DNA of 44,406 nucleotides from a virus (Duplodnaviria; Caudoviricetes), in the IMG/VR virus record IMGVR_UViG_3300021408_000010, positions 1 through 44,406 of that record. One strand, written 5' to 3'. A program made the translations under genes and the position numbers. Shown in pieces: positions 36,121 to 41,407 of the stretch. Every line of letters begins with the position of its first letter. The stretch's first letter is position 1. The notes beneath the pieces were generated by a model, which worked only from the letters and a program-made list of their open reading frames with translations, was not told where the DNA came from and searched no databases.

Positions 36121-36990
36121 AGGATGCTACCTGGCACGCTTATAGTTAGCTAAGGTACTGGCTGGTAACAAAGTCAGCCCATCCTTTGATCGTCCCCTTG
36201 CTTACGGCAAAGCGCTGGCTCTCGTTGAGGCGCGCCTGAGTGGCCTGATCAGTCACAAATAGCGAGAGTTATGTCGGTTCGAGTCCGGCCGAGGGGAACT
36301 TTGTTAGTGGGGACAGCGTGGGTCCGCCTCTTAAATGAGGGCGAAGCGTTTCGTCAGAGAAGAATGCCAGCGAGGCTCAAGGTTGTTAGTCAACACGGCG
36401 CTACACCCGTCGAAATGTGTCAACAATCTAGCAGCGTCCGGGGATAGCCCTTCGAGGTTAGCCTCAGTGGAGGTAAAGGCCCGGATTAACCTGTCAAGCA
36501 TGGAGATAGCTAGGCATTGCAGCGATTACCCACTACCTCGTCTGAGCGAGGCTAAATAGTTTTTAGGCTCAGAGCGTCAGGTGCTAGAGGCGAGGGCTCC
36601 ACATCGAGCGAGTCCCTTGTAGTTCTACAGTCTGTATCCAGTACCACGGACATAAAAACGTCGGCAGTGGCTTAAGGACGTCAGACCACCTGGGTAAGCG
36701 GAGAAGGTACTCCGAAACTCTCATGCGCATAGCGCTGCACGTGTGAGAGAGGGACAAAAAACCGGCATCGTTCATGATCTTAACTGGGCCTCTGGTCGAG
36801 TTAAGGGAAGAGGGGTTAAGACCGTTCCAATCTTAGCTTCCTTGTTATGGGTGGAATCCATAACGCGATGTGTCAGGTATGCAGGTTCTTCTATAGTTGA
36901 GAGATTAAATGTAGGGAGTTAAACCTCAGCCTGCACGCCATCACCTCGGGGAGGGTCGGTCGAGTCCGCCGAACTTGGCCTGCCCTCCCC
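36121..36990 (+). ncRNA. large ornate non-coding RNA or tandem ncRNA array (~870 nt)
   Basis: No credible gene; back-to-back closed domains with many G-U pairs on the + strand (details in findings). Confidence 0.65.
36193..36300 (+). ncRNA. tRNA-like element with canonical T-arm
   Basis: TCCCCTTG/CGAGGGGA acceptor-like stem; GTCGG-TTCGAGT-CCGGC T-arm; 12-bp helix TGGCTCTCGTTG/TAGCGAGAGTTA in place of the anticodon arm; no CCA. Confidence 0.65.
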
Positions 36991-37021
36991 TACCTAAGGT
37001 CTCCAACAGAAGAGAGTAAAC

Positions 37022-37381
37022 ATGAAGCGAATCATGCGGCTGGTTGCTGCTGTGGCTATCGTGGTCGGCCTGTTCGGGGCGGTCGCGGTTGTGGAGGTTG
37101 CTGATGCACCTCCCGCCAGCGCGCACAACCAGGACAACTACTCGTACTGGTACTGCTCGGCCCATCGGTCGAACGTCAACATGACCGTGATCCACTCCAA
37201 GGTCTACGGCCTGTGGCCCGGTCAGATCGGCTACTACTGCCGCGAGGACTTCTTCGGCGTCAGCTTCCAGTACTGGGTGATCGTTCAGCCCCCGGGCAGC
37301 AACTTCAGCTACATGCCTTGGGGCCGGCAGAAGTGCAACCCTGGCGGGATCGTCTGGTGCGAGGAGCCTGGTCCCTGGTGA
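37022..37381 (+). CDS. secreted Cys/aromatic-rich protein
   Basis: Sec signal MKRIMRLVAAVAIVVGLFGAV...PPASA; four Cys; many Y/W. Confidence 0.75.
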   Translation: MKRIMRLVAAVAIVVGLFGAVAVVEVADAPPASAHNQDNYSYWYCSAHRSNVNMTVIHSKVYGLWPGQIGYYCREDFFGVSFQYWVIVQPPGSNFSYMPWGRQKCNPGGIVWCEEPGPW

Positions 37382-37392
37382 CCTGAGTAAAA

Positions 37393-37424
37393 GAGAAGGC
37401 CCTTTAACCGGGGCTTTCTTTTTG
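37393..37424 (+). terminator. intrinsic terminator
   Basis: AGAAGGCCTT-TAACC-GGGGCTTTCT-TTTT. Confidence 0.75.
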
Positions 37425-37447
37425 CGTTAACATAGAGGAGACTTATC

Positions 37448-37768
37448 ATGCAACTAGCCGAGTTCTGCAAGAAGACAGGTGCGAGTCCTAAGCAAATTCA
37501 CTATTGGAACCGTGTCGGGATTGTCATGACGCGTAGTCGTTGGATCGGTCGTAACGATCGCTTCCGCGACTACGACGAGACCTTGATCCCTAAGGTTCAT
37601 CTGCTGGTGACCATCTCGTGGAAGATGGGTGGATGGTTCTCGGTGGATACACTGCTAGCGATCTGGGAGAACTACGAAGAGGAGAAGCTCGACCTTGGGG
37701 ACGGAGTAATCTTGGAATGGAGAACTAATGCTCGAGTTGATGTCGCATCAGAAAGATGCACTCGATAA
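37448..37768 (+). CDS. MerR-like HTH protein
   Basis: LAEFCKKTGASPKQIHYW...R...FRDYD; GAGGAG RBS. Confidence 0.65.
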   Translation: MQLAEFCKKTGASPKQIHYWNRVGIVMTRSRWIGRNDRFRDYDETLIPKVHLLVTISWKMGGWFSVDTLLAIWENYEEEKLDLGDGVILEWRTNARVDVASERCTR

Positions 37769-38927
37769 TCTGGATAATGGTAGAATCCTTTACGGGGGTG
37801 TTGGGAGTGGTAAGTCGGCTACGGCCATGGCTTACTACATGAAGCGGGAGAACCCAAAGGACATCTATGTCATCACCACAGCAAAGAAGAGAGATAGCCT
37901 TGAGTGGCTCGGAGAAGCTGCTCATTTCGGAATTGGAACGTCGACAGATAGCACGGTTGGTGGCGTGCTTAGGATTGATTCGTGGAACAACATTGGAAGC
38001 TACCTCGATATTGAAGGAGCTTTCTTCATCTTTGACGAACAAAGACTTGTCGGACATGGCGCTTGGGTTAAGTCATTCCTCCGAATTGCTGCGCGAAACA
38101 AGTGGATTATGCTTAGTGCAACTCCTGGAGATGCGTGGCTTGATTACGCGCCAGTCTTCATAGCCAACGGTTGGTACAAGAACATGACCGAGTTCAAGCG
38201 TCGTCATGTGATCTACGCGCCTTACATCAAGTTCCCTAAGATCATTGGGTATATTGGGGAGGATGTGTTAGATCGCTATCGTAATGAGATCTTGGTTGAG
38301 ATGCCATACCTCAAACACACCGAGCGTATGGTGAACTACCTTGAGGTGGGATACGACAAGGCGCTTGTGAAGAAGCTACAAGTAGAGAGATGGAACCATG
38401 TGGAGAATCGTCCTATCAAAGATGTTGCGGAGCTGTGGCGCCTTACTCGTATGGTTGTCAACAGTCATGGATCGCGCTGCAATACGATTCGCGGACTACT
38501 CAAATTCCACCAGAGATTGATAGTCTTCTACAACTTCGATTATGAGTTGGAGATACTGAGAGAGTTGGGAGATCGGCATGAAGTGTTTGAGTGGAACGGT
38601 CATAAGCACGACGAGGTTCCTACTTCGGACAGCTGGGTATATCTTGTGCAGTATACTGCTGGGTCTGAAGGCTGGAATTGCATAAGCACTGACGCTATGG
38701 CCTTCTATTCGCTCACATATTCGTACAAAAACTTTGCCCAAGCGCAAGGACGAATCGACAGATTGAACTCCCCATACACGGTTTTGTACTACTACGCGCT
38801 CCAAAGTGGGGCCTATATCGACTCGGCACTTAGGTTAGTACTTGCCGGGAAGAAATCCTTTAATGAGCGGGTTGGGCTTCAAGAATGGGAGAAAAGTGGG
38901 TTTTCTGGCACTTATCCGGCACTTTAA
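37728..38927 (+). CDS. SF2 DNA helicase
   Basis: L..HQ, GGVGSGKS, FDEQ, LSATP, GSEGWN, QAQGRIDR. Confidence 0.88.
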   Translation: MLELMSHQKDALDNLDNGRILYGGVGSGKSATAMAYYMKRENPKDIYVITTAKKRDSLEWLGEAAHFGIGTSTDSTVGGVLRIDSWNNIGSYLDIEGAFFIFDEQRLVGHGAWVKSFLRIAARNKWIMLSATPGDAWLDYAPVFIANGWYKNMTEFKRRHVIYAPYIKFPKIIGYIGEDVLDRYRNEILVEMPYLKHTERMVNYLEVGYDKALVKKLQVERWNHVENRPIKDVAELWRLTRMVVNSHGSRCNTIRGLLKFHQRLIVFYNFDYELEILRELGDRHEVFEWNGHKHDEVPTSDSWVYLVQYTAGSEGWNCISTDAMAFYSLTYSYKNFAQAQGRIDRLNSPYTVLYYYALQSGAYIDSALRLVLAGKKSFNERVGLQEWEKSGFSGTYPAL

Positions 38928-39140
38928 ATAAAAGTGCCGGGGGGTTTGCCGGTGATGTGCCGGGCTCTGACCTGGGGAAATAAGCTTTTTTGTACATATA
39001 GGCATTTATATACCTCTTAAAGTATATAGAAAAATAGGTTGTATATAGATTGTTACATATTACGTATAGTTCATATACAAGGTGAGTTTTCATAGAAAAG
39101 TTTTTATGGGGGTAAAAAGCGCCTAAGTGCCGGGAAGGGG
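38905..39140. other. candidate replication origin
   Basis: Inverted repeat CCGGCACTTT/AAAGTGCCGG, repeated GTGCCGGG, and a strongly AT-rich TATA-rich intergenic core. Confidence 0.45.
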
Positions 39141-39145
39141 TAAAA

Positions 39146-39640
39146 ATGGCCGATAATGAGTTTCACGGGATACTTGAGGAGTTCCCTAGCTATACCATTA
39201 GCAACTATGGCACTGTGACTAATTCATACGGACAGATCATGACACACTCTCGCACCGCGCACGGAGAACACACGGTTGGGTTAATGAGGAACGGCCGTCA
39301 GTATCGACGTTCGGTCAAGGTTCTTGTCGCCCGCGCTTTCGTAGACGGAGAGACAGAGATCTTCGACACACCCATTCTTCTAGACGGTGACCGAGGAAAT
39401 CTCCACACAAGTAATCTTGCTTGGCGCCCGCGTTGGTTCGCCCTTGCTTATCAGAAACAGTTCGATCAAATAGAAGATTGGTGGTATGCCGGTCCTGTGG
39501 TTGATGACGCCCAAGGCATAACATACGAAGATATCTTCTCTGCGGCTATGGAAACCGGCAGCTTGGTAAGACATATAAGGTTGGGGATGTTGAATCGAGA
39601 AAGAGTATTCCCAACGGGCGCACTCTTTAGATTTAGTTGA
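39146..39640 (+). CDS. NUMOD4/HNH-like protein, probably degenerate nuclease
   Basis: Y.ISNYG.V, V.L...G......V..LVA.AF, DGDR.N....NL.W; usual catalytic His residues not evident. Confidence 0.65.
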   Translation: MADNEFHGILEEFPSYTISNYGTVTNSYGQIMTHSRTAHGEHTVGLMRNGRQYRRSVKVLVARAFVDGETEIFDTPILLDGDRGNLHTSNLAWRPRWFALAYQKQFDQIEDWWYAGPVVDDAQGITYEDIFSAAMETGSLVRHIRLGMLNRERVFPTGALFRFS

Positions 39641-39653
39641 TAATATACAACCA

Positions 39654-39679
39654 CGCGCCTCGTACATGTTGTATAATGA
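39654..39679 (+). promoter_or_regulatory. promoter-like motif, copy 6
   Basis: CGC-GCCTCGT-ACA-TGTTG-TATAATGA. Confidence 0.75.
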
Positions 39680-39718
39680 AGGGAGAGTGTAAATTCCTTC
39701 CGAGCGGGGAACCGTACA

Positions 39719-40054
39719 ATGCATTTCATTTTCGCAGCCATCCCTCCTGAAGAAGTGATGTATGGATACGGTCCTCTTGGCGTCATAGTTGTGGCTTTGG
39801 GTTACTTTGCGTACAAGATGTTCAACATCGTTTTGCGCGATAGAGACAAAGCCATCTCCGACCGCGATGCCATGATCCAGGATGTGTTCACCAAGGTACT
39901 TCCTGCCATTGTTAGAAACTCCGAATTCCTGGAGAGTAGGCAAGAGGTAGACCGGGAACTTGTTCAGGCTCTGAAAGATAACAACAAAGTTTTTGATGAA
40001 GTCTTATTTGTCCTCAAACACGGCGGCGACAATCATCGTGTCGGAGGTCGATGA
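39719..40054 (+). CDS. membrane protein (single TM plus coiled coil)
   Basis: YGPLGVIVVALGYFAY TM segment; downstream of motif copy 6. Confidence 0.65.
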   Translation: MHFIFAAIPPEEVMYGYGPLGVIVVALGYFAYKMFNIVLRDRDKAISDRDAMIQDVFTKVLPAIVRNSEFLESRQEVDRELVQALKDNNKVFDEVLFVLKHGGDNHRVGGR

Positions 40055-40215
40055 TGCCTCTTAGAAGTCGGAATCAAAAAGAATCAGACCGAAAAGTTAG
40101 GCTAGCTCGCACGCAAGTCGAGGAAGCGGTCAGCAGGCTAACGGGCTTACTGGACATTGTGGAGGAACAAGCCACGGAAGCTAAGGAGCACTTGGATGAA
40201 CGACGAACTGGCTGA
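40051..40215 (+). CDS. small coiled-coil protein (54 aa, not in ORF track)
   Basis: GGAGG RBS; ATGA overlap; MMPLRSRNQKESDRKVRLARTQVEEAVSRL... Confidence 0.55.
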   Translation: MMPLRSRNQKESDRKVRLARTQVEEAVSRLTGLLDIVEEQATEAKEHLDERRTG

Positions 40216-40579
40216 GAAACTTCTTACGGAGCTCGTTGAGACTCGTAAGTCGTTTACTACAGCAACAGAGTCGTTTAACACGGCAACGGCACAGATCAAA
40301 TGGAATCGTATTAACACAGTTATTCAGTATGTTCTGATCGCGGTAGTAGCGATCATGCTGGGCTTGGGTGTGACCTATTACATGGATGAAAAGCAAGCCG
40401 CATGTGAACGGGGTAATGACCTCCGCGTGCAAATTGCTTTGTCGCTGGATTTCAATGCTACCGCCATTGGCGCAGCGTTGGCTGTGGTTTCGGGTGCTTC
40501 CCCTGAGACGTTCGATGATTATATGGATGTCTATGAGAATCAGGAAAAGCCCCCTATCTTGGAACTGAGGGAATGCTGA
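40196..40579 (+). CDS. membrane protein
   Basis: AAGGAG RBS before MNDELAE; central TM segment YVLIAVVAIMLGLGVTYY; CERGN...C. Confidence 0.65.
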   Translation: MNDELAEKLLTELVETRKSFTTATESFNTATAQIKWNRINTVIQYVLIAVVAIMLGLGVTYYMDEKQAACERGNDLRVQIALSLDFNATAIGAALAVVSGASPETFDDYMDVYENQEKPPILELREC

Positions 40580-40875
40580 TGCGAGAATCTATATATCAGT
40601 TAGATCTCATTAAGCGCCTCAGAGATCGCTTTCCTGGTTGTGTGATCCTGAAGAACGACCCGTCTTTCATACAGGGTATCCCCGATCTGATCATCCTTTA
40701 TGGGGATAAGTGGGCCATGCTCGAGGTCAAGCCAAGAGCTTCTGCGCCTACTCGTCCTAACCAGCCGTATTTCGTTGAGAAGTTCAATGAGATGTCCTTC
40801 GCGGCGTTCATTAATCCGGATAATGAGGAGGAAGTTCTAGATGCGCTTCAATCGTCATTCGGATCTCCAGGGTAG
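40573..40875 (+). CDS. VRR-NUC domain nuclease
   Basis: E......I...GIPDL.......WAMLEVK......PNQ. Confidence 0.85.
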   Translation: MLMRESIYQLDLIKRLRDRFPGCVILKNDPSFIQGIPDLIILYGDKWAMLEVKPRASAPTRPNQPYFVEKFNEMSFAAFINPDNEEEVLDALQSSFGSPG

Positions 40876-41401
40876 GCACGCGTTTCTAAGCCCTAGTAGT
40901 TACCACTGGCTTAATTATACAGACCAGAAACTTGAGGCTCGGTATGCATCGCACCAATCAGCTCGTAGAGGGACTGATCTTCACGCCCTCGCCCACGAAG
41001 CAATTCGACTTGGTGTTCAGTTGTCAAGAGCGAACAAATCGATGTCCACATATGTTAAAGACGCTCTCGGATACAAGATGCAGTGTGAGCAACCGCTGTA
41101 TTACTCCGACAATTGTTTCGGTTGCGCAGACACAATTTCATTCCGACGTGGTAAACTCCGAATCCATGATCTCAAGACGGGTATCGTAGCCACATCCTTC
41201 AGTCAGCTCGAGATCTATGCATCTATATTCTGTTTGGAATATAGCATCGATCCAGCGCCCATCGAGATAGAGCTTCGTATCTATCAACGGGAAGAGGTTA
41301 AAATTCACATTCCTCATGTCGAGGCGATAATGGAGATCATGGACAAGATTGTTATATTTGATCAGCAAGTAGAAGAACTTAAAGCTTCCGATCGATACTA
41401 G
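40841..41401 (+). CDS. PD-(D/E)xK (Cas4/RecB-like) nuclease
   Basis: HAFLSPS, RGT.LH, FG.AD.I, IHDLKTG, QL.IYA. Confidence 0.8.
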   Translation: MRFNRHSDLQGRHAFLSPSSYHWLNYTDQKLEARYASHQSARRGTDLHALAHEAIRLGVQLSRANKSMSTYVKDALGYKMQCEQPLYYSDNCFGCADTISFRRGKLRIHDLKTGIVATSFSQLEIYASIFCLEYSIDPAPIEIELRIYQREEVKIHIPHVEAIMEIMDKIVIFDQQVEELKASDRY

Positions 41402-41407
41402 GGGGTA

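Noticed and set aside
34855-36300. Canonical tRNA or tmRNA calls for the T-loop elements
   Set aside because: No 7-nt anticodon loop on a 5-bp stem and no tag reading frame; reported as tRNA-like only.
36335-36775. ORFs 36335..36559 (+) and 36584..36775 (-)
   Set aside because: No RBS, atypical composition, and they overlap densely paired sequence.
39146-39640. Mobile intron or homing element
   Set aside because: Free-standing, flanking genes are intact, and catalytic His residues appear lost.
40841-41401. CRISPR-Cas system suggested by the Cas4-like nuclease
   Set aside because: No repeat-spacer array or other cas genes; such nucleases are common in phages.
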